A stretch of DNA of 64,000 nucleotides. Origin: Escherichia phage ST2. Made by a program: the position numbers and the translations under genes. The notes beneath the pieces are model-generated. The model made no database searches. It was not told where the DNA came from and worked only from the letters and a program-made list of their open reading frames with translations. The stretch lies in the sequence record OM982647; one strand, given 5' to 3'. Below, in pieces: positions 1 to 9,818 of this stretch (positions are counted from its first letter, which is position 1; each line of letters begins with the position of its first letter).

Positions 1-1461
1 ATAAGCTCTAAGTTAGACAGATTAGCTACATTATTAGAGCAAAAATTACAAACATCTACCGCTATTCAAAATACAGGAGGCACCTCTCTTGAAGTAATTG
101 AGAACGCAATACCTGTTAAAGTGGTTGAGAACGAAACTTCTGATGAGTTGTTTAAAGCATTACCTACACCTGAAAAGATTGATAATAAGCCAGACGAAGA
201 TTTCTTCCCGGTCCCGGTTCAAGAAAGTGCTAATTCTACTTCCGATTCTAAAAGCGGAATTAGCTTTAAATTGAGCGATAAAATTGCAATGCTCACCAAA
301 ACAGTTCAAACCGGGTTTAATAAATCAATATCAATTTCAGACAGAATTGCTGGAATGCTTTTCAAATACACTATAACGGCCGCTATTGAAGCAGCAAAAA
401 TGGCCGCACTTATTCTTGGTATTGTTATCGGTATTGATTTATTGATAGTCCATTTCAAATATTGGACAGACAAGTTCACTTCTGCTTGGGATTTATTTGA
501 TGAAAACTTTACTAAATTCTCCGATGAAGCTAAAGAGTGGGGTAAATTCTTAAGTGATATATTCACTTCTATTGACTCGATAAAACAATTATGGGAAGCT
601 GGAGACTGGGGTGGTTTAACCGTTGCTATTGTCAAAGGTGTAGGAACAGCATTAATGAACTTAGGTGAACTAATTCAATTAGGAATGGCTAAACTCTCCG
701 CGTCTATATTGCGTGCTATAGGTTTTGGTGATACTGCGGACGAAATAGAAGGACGTGCTTTGGAAGGATTCCAAGAAACTACTGGGAACAAATTAAAGAA
801 AGAAGACCAAGAGAAAGTCGCTAAATATCAAATGAAGCGTGACGATGGGGAATTAGGAACCGTTTCTAAAGGTCTTGATATGTTACAGCGCGGCAAAACA
901 TTCGTTACTAACTGGGTTCGTGGTAATGACAATAAAGAAGAGTTTAGTACAAGCGATGAGCGTGCTGCGGAATCAGCAAAATTAAAAGAGTTACCTGAAG
1001 AGGAGCGTAAAGAAGCGTATATAAAAGCTAATGAAACTCGTGCGGCACTTGTTAGATTTGAGGATTATATCGATAAAATCGATATGACTAATCCGGAAAA
1101 TGCTAAAAACGTCGAGAAGTCTTATGCTGATTTAAGTAAACTTATTAAAGACCCTGAACTTAATAAAACTCCTGTTGTTAAAAAGGAATTAGATGCTAGA
1201 TTTGAAAAGCTAAATAATAAAATGGCTGAAGCCAAAAAGGCTCAGACAACAGTTAAGCCTGAATCTTCGTCTAAATCTCCGGAAGCAAAACAAGTTCAGT
1301 CAATAGAGAAAGGACGTGCTTCTGAATCTAAACAACAGCAACCGGTAGCGGCGATTAGTAACACAAATAATGTCGTCAAAAAGAATACCGTAGTCCAGAA
1401 TATGACCCCTGTAACAAGTACAACGGCTCCTGGAATTTTCCATGCCACCGGTGTTAATTAA
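1..1461 (+). CDS. 29: Baseplate hub / tail-length determinator, 3' portion (reading frame open from window edge)
   Basis: Frame open from nt 1 with no stop; hydrophobic segment plus coiled-coil-rich C-terminus; order 29-48-54 as in T4. Confidence 0.55.
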   Translation: MSSKLDRLATLLEQKLQTSTAIQNTGGTSLEVIENAIPVKVVENETSDELFKALPTPEKIDNKPDEDFFPVPVQESANSTSDSKSGISFKLSDKIAMLTKTVQTGFNKSISISDRIAGMLFKYTITAAIEAAKMAALILGIVIGIDLLIVHFKYWTDKFTSAWDLFDENFTKFSDEAKEWGKFLSDIFTSIDSIKQLWEAGDWGGLTVAIVKGVGTALMNLGELIQLGMAKLSASILRAIGFGDTADEIEGRALEGFQETTGNKLKKEDQEKVAKYQMKRDDGELGTVSKGLDMLQRGKTFVTNWVRGNDNKEEFSTSDERAAESAKLKELPEEERKEAYIKANETRAALVRFEDYIDKIDMTNPENAKNVEKSYADLSKLIKDPELNKTPVVKKELDARFEKLNNKMAEAKKAQTTVKPESSSKSPEAKQVQSIEKGRASESKQQQPVAAISNTNNVVKKNTVVQNMTPVTSTTAPGIFHATGVN

Positions 1462-1469
1462 GGATTATT

Positions 1470-2579
1470 ATGATTAGTGTAAAAGAAATAGTAGTAGATG
1501 CAAAGGATTTAAATAAAGCAATCCCAGTCTCAGAAAGTGCTGGGCAAAGCACTAAAACCGAAACAACTACTAAAACTTATGTTGCTCAATTTCCTACAGG
1601 AAGAGCAGCCGGAAATGACTCCACAGGAGACTTCCAGGTAACAGACCTTTATAAGAATGGATTATTATTTACCGCGTACAATATGTCTGCACGCGATTCA
1701 GGATCCCTCAGGAATTTACGTCCGGCATACGCCGGGACTTCATCTAATGGTATCATATCAGATTTAGCTGATAATGTGAAAGATGCAGTGACTAAATTCT
1801 CAAACGGATTGCTTCCTGCTGGAGCTAATAAATCTACTATAAATAAAACTCCTGTTGCCAATATCCTTTTGCCACGTTCCAAATCTGACGTTGATACAAC
1901 TTCACATCGTTTTAATGATATCGGTGATAGTCTTATTACTAAAGGTGGAGGTACTGCTACGGGTGTTTTAAGTAACATTGCTTCTACTGCAGTTTTTGGT
2001 GCATTAGATTCTATTACCCAAGGGCTTATGGCTGATAATAACGAACAGATTTATACGACTTCTCGTAGTATGTATGGTGGTGCCGAGAACCGTACTAAAG
2101 TCTTTACATGGGATTTAACTCCACGTTCAACTGAAGACCTTATGGCTATTATAAACATTTACCAGTATTTTAATTATTTCTCATATGGTGAGACCGGTAA
2201 ATCACAGTACGCCCAAGAGATTAAAAGTTATTTAGACGAATGGTACCGTTCAACGTTTATTGAGCCTATGACACCAGACGATGCTGTAAAAAATAAGACA
2301 TTGTTTGAAAAGATTACTGCGTCGTTAACAAACGTATTAGTTGTAAGCAACCCTACGATTTGGATGGTTAAAAACTTTGGACACACATCTAAATTTGACG
2401 GGTTAACTGATGTATTTGGCCCATGTCAAATTCAAAGCGTACGTTTTGATAAAACTCCAAATGGACAATTTAATGGTCTCGCTGTTGCTCCTAACTTACC
2501 GTCAACATTTACGTTAGAGATAACAATGCGAGAAATTATTACATTAAACCGTTCTTCACTTTATGCGGGGACTTTCTAA
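1470..2579 (+). CDS. 48: Baseplate tail-tube cap protein
   Basis: 369 aa vs 364 aa in T4; position between 29 and 54; SD aggatt upstream. Confidence 0.65.
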   Translation: MISVKEIVVDAKDLNKAIPVSESAGQSTKTETTTKTYVAQFPTGRAAGNDSTGDFQVTDLYKNGLLFTAYNMSARDSGSLRNLRPAYAGTSSNGIISDLADNVKDAVTKFSNGLLPAGANKSTINKTPVANILLPRSKSDVDTTSHRFNDIGDSLITKGGGTATGVLSNIASTAVFGALDSITQGLMADNNEQIYTTSRSMYGGAENRTKVFTWDLTPRSTEDLMAIINIYQYFNYFSYGETGKSQYAQEIKSYLDEWYRSTFIEPMTPDDAVKNKTLFEKITASLTNVLVVSNPTIWMVKNFGHTSKFDGLTDVFGPCQIQSVRFDKTPNGQFNGLAVAPNLPSTFTLEITMREIITLNRSSLYAGTF

Positions 2580-3541
2580 TGTACTCTTTAGAAGAATTTA
2601 ATAACCAAGCTATAAATGCAGATTTCCAACGAAACAATATGTTTAGTTGTGTATTTGCTACTACACCATCAACCAAATCGTCTTCACTAATTTCGTCAAT
2701 TGGTAGTTTTGCTTATAATAACTTAGGGTTGGATTCTGATTGGCTAGGATTGACTCAAGGTGATATCAATCAGGGCGTAACAACCCTGATTACAGCAGGA
2801 ACACAGAAATTAATTCGAAAATCAGGTATAAGTAAATATCTGATTGGAGCAATGAGTCAACGTACGGTACAAAGCTTGTTAGGTGAGTTCACAGTAGGAG
2901 CTTATCTGATAGACTTCTTCAATATGGCATATAATAATACAGGTTTAATGATTTATTCTGTAAAAATGCCTGAGAACCGATTATCTTATGAAACAGATTT
3001 CAACTATAACTCACCGAACATCCGAATTACCGGTCGTGAAATGGACCCGTTAGTAATAAGCTTTAGAATGGATTCTGAAGCATCTAACTTTAGAGCAATG
3101 CAAGACTGGGTAAACTCAGTCCAAGACCCTGTAACAGGTCTTCGTGCTTTACCACAAGACGTCGAAGCAGATATTCAGGTTAATTTACATGCACGAAATG
3201 GTTTACCACATACCGCTGTCATGTTCACCGGATGTATTCCTGTTAGTGTCTCTTCTCCTGAGTTAACGTATGATGGCGATAATCAGATAACAGTTTTTGA
3301 TGTAACATTTGCTTATCGCGTTATGCAATCAGGTGCTGTAAATAGACAGGCTGCTTTAGAATGGTTGGAATCAGGACTTATTAGTAGTGTTTCAGGAATG
3401 TTTGGAAATAATCAGAATGATTCTGGACTAGGAAGTGCCGTATCAAGACTTTCTAGATTAGGTGGGACTGCTGGAGGTGTGTCTAATATAAACACATTGA
3501 CAGGTGTGGTGAATTCTGCGTCAAGAGTTTTAGGACTATAA
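2579..3541 (+). CDS. 54: Baseplate tail-tube initiator
   Basis: 320 aa as in T4; start overlaps gp48 stop (TAATG); followed by terminator hairpin. Confidence 0.65.
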   Translation: MYSLEEFNNQAINADFQRNNMFSCVFATTPSTKSSSLISSIGSFAYNNLGLDSDWLGLTQGDINQGVTTLITAGTQKLIRKSGISKYLIGAMSQRTVQSLLGEFTVGAYLIDFFNMAYNNTGLMIYSVKMPENRLSYETDFNYNSPNIRITGREMDPLVISFRMDSEASNFRAMQDWVNSVQDPVTGLRALPQDVEADIQVNLHARNGLPHTAVMFTGCIPVSVSSPELTYDGDNQITVFDVTFAYRVMQSGAVNRQAALEWLESGLISSVSGMFGNNQNDSGLGSAVSRLSRLGGTAGGVSNINTLTGVVNSASRVLGL

Positions 3542-3548
3542 GAAAAAA

Positions 3549-3565
3549 GGGAGACGTTGTCTCCC
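3549..3565. terminator. Bidirectional hairpin terminator between convergent genes 54 (+) and the minus-strand early block
   Basis: GGGAGAC-GTT-GTCTCCC flanked by A6 on one side and T3 on the other. Confidence 0.6.
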
Positions 3566-3574
3566 TTTAGGGGT

Positions 3575-3868
3575 TTATTTACGGAATGAAAGGAATGCTG
3601 GTGCTCGAAATGGAGTATCATCTTTAGAGTATTTAACTAATACGACCATTGGTACCTCTGTTTCTAAATGACCTGTCAATACACCGATAAAAATTTGATC
3701 AGTGTGCTCAGGGTCACGAAAGTTTTTAAGAGGTTCCATAGCAATATGGAATGCACCTGGGAATACTCGATTCAATTCGTCAATCACAGCTTCGTTAAAA
3801 ACATCATCTGCCGGGATAACATCTTCAACTACTAGTTCTTGACCATTAAAGCGAAGCATAGATTTCAT
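3575..3868 (-). CDS. Hypothetical early protein (alt-downstream ORF); track start trimmed to ATG with SD GAGGAA
   Basis: ORF track 3575..3940 runs through promoter; ATG at 3868 preceded by GAGGAAAACGTT. Confidence 0.5.
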   Translation of the reverse strand: MKSMLRFNGQELVVEDVIPADDVFNEAVIDELNRVFPGAFHIAMEPLKNFRDPEHTDQIFIGVLTGHLETEVPMVVLVKYSKDDTPFRAPAFLSFRK

Positions 3869-3895
3869 AACGTTTTCCTCATGTTGTTGATGAGA

Positions 3896-3930
3896 TGATA
3901 GTATCACACATCCATGTGTTTGTAAACTAT
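3896..3930 (-). promoter_or_regulatory. T4-type early promoter
   Basis: Minus strand GTTTACA, 18-nt spacer, GATACTAT -10. Confidence 0.5.
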
Positions 3931-6014
3931 CCTTGGACAAATTTAAACGGAACTGATTCTAAATCCATTAAAGATGCTAACAATTTCAAACCTTTAGGTG
4001 CACTAGTTTTTTCTACAAATGAGGAGAACGATACCGGCTCATCTGATTCGATTTCACCCGCCATAGCAACCACCTCGCCTGTTTCCATGAGAACATCGCC
4101 GTCGTAAATGACAGCTTCATCCAACTGGTCCGAGGACATGACTTCAGCTTGAATAAATTTAAGGTTGGATTCTAAACCTGCACCGGTGTCAGATGACGCA
4201 TCTGTAATTTTATTTATCTGCAAGAGAATGCCTCTAGGCAAAATAATTTCTTGCTCATTAGGGTGATTACTCAACTGTCCTGGATAAATCACGTTAACTT
4301 TATGGGCGCCATCAATAGCCCATCCAACGTTAACACGGATTTGTTCTGGTGCATGCATAGCTGTTCTTACTTGACTAGGAGAAATGGTAACACCTTCGTC
4401 ATTATTGTCAATGTTAAGCTCTTTGCGAACTTCTTCAGGAGCAAGTCCAAGGGCAACGTTCTCTTTAAACCCGCCGAAAATAATAGGAGCTAGTGAAGTG
4501 GAAACATAGTTTCTGAAGTAGAATACCTTATTTTTAACCATTGCTTCGTAAATAGGCATTCTGATAGACTGAGCTCTATATAACGTTAGTCCTTCAGGTA
4601 AACGGTCTCCATTTAAAAACGCCGAATCAAGACCATCAATAGCGCGTTTAACTTCATCTTCATCCGCAACATCGTAAAAATCTGGTTTATAACGACCTAA
4701 CAACATATTATTGATATCGGTATACGCAGAAGAGGCATATTCACGAATAGCTCGTTTTTCAGCAACAGAGTATTGTTTAGGGTCCCGATTCATTGTTATA
4801 TTAAAGGTGCCTCTAGCCGATTCTCGTGCATAAGTATACATCACATTAGACAAGAACGCTGATTTACGTTGTTTCCAAGTTTTTTCAGATACTTCAGCTA
4901 AAACATCGTCGGCCAGTTGGAAATTATCACGTCTAAAATCTTCAAACCATTCGTCTTTAATAGAGTCTGCAATTTCGTTTGCAGCTTCAACAAAAGCAGC
5001 TAATGCTTTAACAGATGTTGTTTTTTCAGTTTTAATTTTCTTAGCAAACTTTTCTAAAGTTGGCTTAATAACACTACCATAAGAAACTTCATCAGCAAAT
5101 CTAAAGGATTCATCAATACGATTATAAATCTTATTTTCGATATCAGCAACTAAAGTGCCTTTTGCTGTGGATGATGCTTGGGCTAGTACGATTTCATATG
5201 CTTCAGGAAGTAATTCGGCTGTAGCCGGGCCACTAACTTCTTTAGCAGAATTTTCGTATTTCTGGAATAACTCACCTTCTTGGCGGTCAGCTTCTAAAGA
5301 TTGGCTTGCGGCAATAGCGCGCCGAGAAATTTTAGTACGAGCAATAACAGGCTTATCTTTACGTTTTTCTTCTACAGCAGCAATAGAACCAGCGATAGCC
5401 GTTTCTTTGGTGACCTTTTCGCCAGTCTTTTTACTCACATAAACTTCGCCAACATCAGAATCTACTTTCGTGTACAACTCTGTGTTAATGTTAGGGATGC
5501 CTTTAATATCTTCAATGTTGGCATTTTTACGAACCATCATCACATAGGTGTGTTTACCTGTGAATTGATACATTGCCGACAATACTTTAAAACGACCACC
5601 GGTTTTAGTAGAAACTAAACGAGCAAGAAGAGTTTGAAGTTGTTGTCCGCGTCCTTTCAATTTCTTGGTAGGGAATCTGAACAGAACCGCGTCCATACGA
5701 AGAGCTTTAACCTGTTCATATACTGTATTGAAAATGGTGTTGATTGCATCAATAGGAGCAGGACCAAGACCGTTTTTCAATTCAGCGAGATTACCCTTTT
5801 CAGACAGACTCATAATAACGACATGAGCATATTTGTCGCCAAGTTTAACTTGTTTTACAGCATCGCCTTCAGAAAGGTAAGAGAATAAGCGAACTACGAT
5901 GTTTGTATCGATATCACCAATTTTCCAGACTTGTGGAACTTTAGCTTTAGGGTTCAAATTGACGACAGGAAGACTGCCTTCAGATTCAAACACTTCATTT
6001 AATTGTTCAGACAT
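3927..6014 (-). CDS. alt: Alt-like ADP-ribosyltransferase (virion-injected)
   Basis: 695 aa (T4 Alt 682 aa); R-S-EXE motifs LYRAQ / YVSTS / NEQEI; between 54 and 30 as in T4. Confidence 0.75.
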   Translation of the reverse strand: MSEQLNEVFESEGSLPVVNLNPKAKVPQVWKIGDIDTNIVVRLFSYLSEGDAVKQVKLGDKYAHVVIMSLSEKGNLAELKNGLGPAPIDAINTIFNTVYEQVKALRMDAVLFRFPTKKLKGRGQQLQTLLARLVSTKTGGRFKVLSAMYQFTGKHTYVMMVRKNANIEDIKGIPNINTELYTKVDSDVGEVYVSKKTGEKVTKETAIAGSIAAVEEKRKDKPVIARTKISRRAIAASQSLEADRQEGELFQKYENSAKEVSGPATAELLPEAYEIVLAQASSTAKGTLVADIENKIYNRIDESFRFADEVSYGSVIKPTLEKFAKKIKTEKTTSVKALAAFVEAANEIADSIKDEWFEDFRRDNFQLADDVLAEVSEKTWKQRKSAFLSNVMYTYARESARGTFNITMNRDPKQYSVAEKRAIREYASSAYTDINNMLLGRYKPDFYDVADEDEVKRAIDGLDSAFLNGDRLPEGLTLYRAQSIRMPIYEAMVKNKVFYFRNYVSTSLAPIIFGGFKENVALGLAPEEVRKELNIDNNDEGVTISPSQVRTAMHAPEQIRVNVGWAIDGAHKVNVIYPGQLSNHPNEQEIILPRGILLQINKITDASSDTGAGLESNLKFIQAEVMSSDQLDEAVIYDGDVLMETGEVVAMAGEIESDEPVSFSSFVEKTSAPKGLKLLASLMDLESVPFKFVQG

Positions 6015-6054
6015 AGTGTTTTCCTTTTAGTAATAATTTATATTTATGCCAAAA

Positions 6055-6070
6055 AGAGCCCGAAGGCTCT
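6055..6070 (-). terminator. UUCG-tetraloop hairpin
   Basis: AGAGCC-CGAA-GGCTCT on + strand (UUCG loop on transcript), followed by U-run. Confidence 0.5.
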
Positions 6071-6258
6071 TAATCCACAATCGGGAGCAAAGTACGATAA
6101 ACTTCAAAATTAGGGCCTTTTTCGTACCCATTAACGTTATCTACGAAAACCCGATACGAATTTTCATTAGGAAAATCTAATATAATCTGAGAGCAAGAGG
6201 TGGAAACATCTCCACCATCCTTCTTAGCTACAATAACTGTTTCTAAATAAGCTTTCAT
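6070..6258 (-). CDS. Hypothetical small protein, start coupled to ligase stop
   Basis: ATG at 6258 overlaps gene 30 stop (TAATG); 62 aa. Confidence 0.4.
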   Translation of the reverse strand: MKAYLETVIVAKKDGGDVSTSCSQIILDFPNENSYRVFVDNVNGYEKGPNFEVYRTLLPIVD

Positions 6259-7751
6259 TATAAACCTGTCTGGGACCACGGTCCAAATACGTCTTCAAAT
6301 GAATCCGCTTCTGTTTTATCAAAACGGAACCCTTTAATAATTGGAAGGAAAATACCTACAGTACCTTCACGGCCTTTAGAATGAACCCAACCATTACATT
6401 CACAATCAGCGATACGTCCAATTAATTTACCTTCACGAGCTTCGGTCATTAATCGTTCACGGTCTAAATCATGACGCTCGTCTAAAGGAATAAGAACCTT
6501 TACACCATCAACTGTTTTATGAGTTGTATCTTTAAAACCTGAACCACAATCGGTTGTAATACGACGACAACGTGATACGAGTTCGACACCACCTAATTTG
6601 TTAGGGTCTTTAGAGTGTTCATAGTATCCTACAACTTCTAAAGCGATATCAATAACTTCTTTAAATTTAATTAGATTCTTAGAGCGTTTGTTTTCCCAAT
6701 ATGAATCACGGTTTTTAAGGATAATACCTTCAAGACCTTGGTCAACATATTTTTTATAAACCACTTTAGCTTCGTCAAGATTACGAACTAACTGATTTTC
6801 AATTGGCTCAATTCGCTTAAAGCCTTCAGCCATATTTTCAAGAGCAGCAAAACGAACATCGTATTTCTGACCTTTAATTTTGCCGTCAGAATAGACTTCA
6901 TCTAAAGGAACATAGTCCCAGGCTTGAAGAACCATACCTTCCGCTTCTTTAGGAGAAATAGTCCCTTGAAGAGATTTATTTGCTAAACCGTTTGAAGTGC
7001 TACGGTCTGCAACTTGTACTTCTTCGGATTCTTCATTATCACCAAATAAGAACGACAGGTCATTTCCTGAGCTCACAGCCTTTTTAATATCAAATGAATG
7101 ATAAACTAATTCACCGTCGATTAAAACCCCATTAGGGTGTCTTTCACGAGCTTCTTTAGTCATTTCCATTAGTTCATCTGCTAATAGAGTAAGACCATGG
7201 TATTCATTACCGGCACGAGAAAAGAATTGAACACCATCATCGCGAACTTCAGCGAAACAACGAGCACCATCGGCTTTTAATTGAGCAAATGCAGGCCATT
7301 TAATATTTTTAGTAATCAATTTCTCATCATATGCAGATGCTAACATCTGTGGCTGCAATTGAATAAGACCAGGCCACACCTTATTCGCGATAGACACTGA
7401 AGCACCTACTTCAAGGTCGCGCATCATTACACGACGAAGGACTTCTACATCATCAGGTTTACCATCAGCGATATAACCCATGAGCTCTTTAATTGCAGCA
7501 TTACCAGTGAGTTTACGAGTGGCTAATGTGAACTCAATAAAATCCAACATGTCATCTAATTCAAGAAGACCATACGCTTGAGACCTTTCACCTGGTCCTG
7601 GCCATTTCTTAATATAATACTGGATACCACGTGCATATGTTAAACGATACACACGTTCAAGTAATTTGTTGTCCTTATTTTTCTTAAGGATTTCTTGTTT
7701 TGTTTTAGTAGAACCGATCGCAGCTATTTGGTTTAAAATATCTAAAATCAT
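6258..7751 (-). CDS. 30: ATP-dependent DNA ligase
   Basis: 497 aa; N-terminus MILDILNQIAAIGSTKTKQEILKKNKDN and C-terminus ...FEDVFGPWSQTGL match my recollection of T4 ligase nearly residue for residue. Confidence 0.95.
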   Translation of the reverse strand: MILDILNQIAAIGSTKTKQEILKKNKDNKLLERVYRLTYARGIQYYIKKWPGPGERSQAYGLLELDDMLDFIEFTLATRKLTGNAAIKELMGYIADGKPDDVEVLRRVMMRDLEVGASVSIANKVWPGLIQLQPQMLASAYDEKLITKNIKWPAFAQLKADGARCFAEVRDDGVQFFSRAGNEYHGLTLLADELMEMTKEARERHPNGVLIDGELVYHSFDIKKAVSSGNDLSFLFGDNEESEEVQVADRSTSNGLANKSLQGTISPKEAEGMVLQAWDYVPLDEVYSDGKIKGQKYDVRFAALENMAEGFKRIEPIENQLVRNLDEAKVVYKKYVDQGLEGIILKNRDSYWENKRSKNLIKFKEVIDIALEVVGYYEHSKDPNKLGGVELVSRCRRITTDCGSGFKDTTHKTVDGVKVLIPLDERHDLDRERLMTEAREGKLIGRIADCECNGWVHSKGREGTVGIFLPIIKGFRFDKTEADSFEDVFGPWSQTGL

Positions 7752-8017
7752 TTGATGTCCTCGATTTTGGTTACGGTTCTATTATAAGCCACTTCATCTA
7801 GAAGCGATTTCAGCGTTTTCTGATAAGTGGTAATCCGTTTACCGAGTCCTTCAACGTAGTATTCTGAAATGTAGATGAACCCTTGTTCAACACACTCTTT
7901 AAATATTTCTGCGTCTTTTACTGAACGAAACAATGGCCAGTCTCGAAAGAACATGTTAACGTGACCGTAGTCACGCGTTGTGTTTTTACCATCTGTAATA
8001 TCATGAACTACAAACAT
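7748..8017 (-). CDS. Hypothetical protein (30.1 position)
   Basis: 89-aa ORF, ATGA overlap with ligase start. Confidence 0.45.
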   Translation of the reverse strand: MFVVHDITDGKNTTRDYGHVNMFFRDWPLFRSVKDAEIFKECVEQGFIYISEYYVEGLGKRITTYQKTLKSLLDEVAYNRTVTKIEDIK

Positions 8018-8026
8018 AAGTATCCC

Positions 8027-8851
8027 TTAACAATTTATAGACCAAGTCCATTTAGACGAATCTAAAGGAAAGTTTTGAATCGTCCACCACGGCCGCATAT
8101 CGGTTGGTCCTGGGGTTCGCCAGGTATATGGAGTACGTGTTGTCGAGGGGCCACCAATTTGATTAGGCCATGCACCTGGACTTGTTGCACCAGATTCTTT
8201 AAGCAAATCCGCCAATCGTTTTAAAAGGTCTTCACGATCTGAATCTGAATTATGCTCGGGTGGAACCAAACGAGATTCAATATCATCCCACGTGTGTACA
8301 CGTTGTGCAGTGCGAGGAATATCATCACGTTCACCACGAGCCAACCAATAAATCGGTACATTAAGAATTTCTGCCGCATGGTCACAGTGATGAGCTAAAT
8401 CGTCAACGTAACAAATCACGTTATATTTTGTTTTAGCTAGTTCGAATAATTGTTCCTTTGAAGAATCATGACCACACATCATTACTTCAGAGAAAGCGCC
8501 TGGGAACAAAGCGTTCAAATTAAATTGTCTATTCAATCGAGCATCAATTGAATCACCTAGCGCCGTCACGGCTACAAAATTATAGTCTTCTTTTAGTTTA
8601 TTGATAACTCGAAGAGCATCCGAATAAGGCGCTAAGTAACGAATAAAATCAGAGCGATTATATTTTTCTATTAATTGTTTACCAAGGTTATCGTCGGTAT
8701 TGAACAGTTTACCAGGAGAAATAAATTTTTCGTCCTGAATCATTTTTAAAATATGTTCTAATGGAAGATTATATTTTTGGGCAAAATAAGGAAGCCCAGA
8801 TTGCCAGCTTAAACATACACCATCAATATCAGTCAAAATAGTAGGTTTCAT
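8027..8851 (-). CDS. HAD-superfamily hydrolase-like protein (30.2 position) with W/P-rich C-terminal tail
   Basis: Motif I DIDGV near N-terminus, YVDDL motif; C-terminal 60 aa Trp/Pro/Thr-rich and GC-rich. Confidence 0.5.
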   Translation of the reverse strand: MKPTILTDIDGVCLSWQSGLPYFAQKYNLPLEHILKMIQDEKFISPGKLFNTDDNLGKQLIEKYNRSDFIRYLAPYSDALRVINKLKEDYNFVAVTALGDSIDARLNRQFNLNALFPGAFSEVMMCGHDSSKEQLFELAKTKYNVICYVDDLAHHCDHAAEILNVPIYWLARGERDDIPRTAQRVHTWDDIESRLVPPEHNSDSDREDLLKRLADLLKESGATSPGAWPNQIGGPSTTRTPYTWRTPGPTDMRPWWTIQNFPLDSSKWTWSINC

Positions 8852-9300
8852 AAAGAGTCTCTTAATAGGTTTAACACATCAATAAATTCAACTTCGGTTA
8901 GTATTGTATCATCTTTTGTTAGGTGGCTGGCCATGCTGTGCTTCAAAATTTTTCCTTTAGAGGCTTGTAATGCATCACGAAACCCCTTGTTTTGGATCGC
9001 GGCTTCAAAATATGCATTTGTATATAATTCTTTCCACGCTTCGGAGTATCTTGAAAATGGAACTCCTAACCAGAAGAGAGTCCCACGGTCCTGAGCTCTT
9101 GCATAAGACCTTCCAGCTTGCTGTGCAGCCAATCCAGACAACCTGAATATACGTCTTTGTTGTTCAACATTTTTCACCTTACATCCTTGGAGAAATCCTT
9201 CAAGTCCTCCGAATTGAATACCATCCATGACGAAAGGCCATTGGGCGAAGTTACTTAATGCACATGACGGCCATGGAAAATTGCTTCTGATTTCAATCAT
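8848..9300 (-). CDS. NADAR-domain-like protein (30.3 position), candidate ADP-ribose processing enzyme
   Basis: SNFAQWPF ... GLEGFLQGCK ... WKELYTNAYFEAAIQNKGFRDAL pattern resembles NADAR/YbiA family. Confidence 0.45.
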   Translation of the reverse strand: MIEIRSNFPWPSCALSNFAQWPFVMDGIQFGGLEGFLQGCKVKNVEQQRRIFRLSGLAAQQAGRSYARAQDRGTLFWLGVPFSRYSEAWKELYTNAYFEAAIQNKGFRDALQASKGKILKHSMASHLTKDDTILTEVEFIDVLNLLRDSL

Positions 9301-9491
9301 AGTCTTTTAAGGCTTTTGATAACTTCTAATTCAGAACTCATGCGAACGTCTTCAGTTCCATCGACCCATAGGACGGTGTAGGCTTCTTTAATTTGAGTAT
9401 TACCTAATTTAAAAGCAGGTAGAACCTTTGAAATCATTCCAGGAATACCTATGCCTTTTAACTGGACTGTTTGCGATAAAAATAGTTGCAT
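9297..9491 (-). CDS. Hypothetical small protein
   Basis: 64-aa ORF; ATG overlaps upstream stop (TAATG). Confidence 0.4.
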   Translation of the reverse strand: MQLFLSQTVQLKGIGIPGMISKVLPAFKLGNTQIKEAYTVLWVDGTEDVRMSSELEVIKSLKRL

Positions 9492-9778
9492 TAGAACCTC
9501 ATCTGGAACCCGTGTGATTTAACATTACCACCGTAGATGTCAGAGGTATTGACTTCACGGGCGGCACTATGGACGATATTGATATCGTGGTTGAGCTTAG
9601 TGATTGCTAAGGTATCACGGCCGTTAACAGTACGGAATTCTACCGGGCACACAACATCAGCATAAGCCTTAATAGATTCACGAGTAGGTTGTTTGTCGGC
9701 AGGAACGTCTTTACCTGCTTTAGAGAAAACAACTTCACAGAAATTTTTACGAGTATCGAAATAAGTGGTCATAAACAT
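9491..9778 (-). CDS. Hypothetical protein; start trimmed to ATG after hairpin
   Basis: ATG at 9778 with SD GAGGAAAATATT; track start lies inside terminator hairpin. Confidence 0.45.
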   Translation of the reverse strand: MFMTTYFDTRKNFCEVVFSKAGKDVPADKQPTRESIKAYADVVCPVEFRTVNGRDTLAITKLNHDINIVHSAAREVNTSDIYGGNVKSHGFQMRF

Positions 9779-9793
9779 AATATTTTCCTCAAA

Positions 9794-9809
9794 GGAGGCC
9801 GAAGCCTCC
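9794..9809 (-). terminator. UUCG-tetraloop hairpin
   Basis: GGAGGC-CGAA-GCCTCC. Confidence 0.5.
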
Positions 9810-9818
9810 ATTTTAAGA

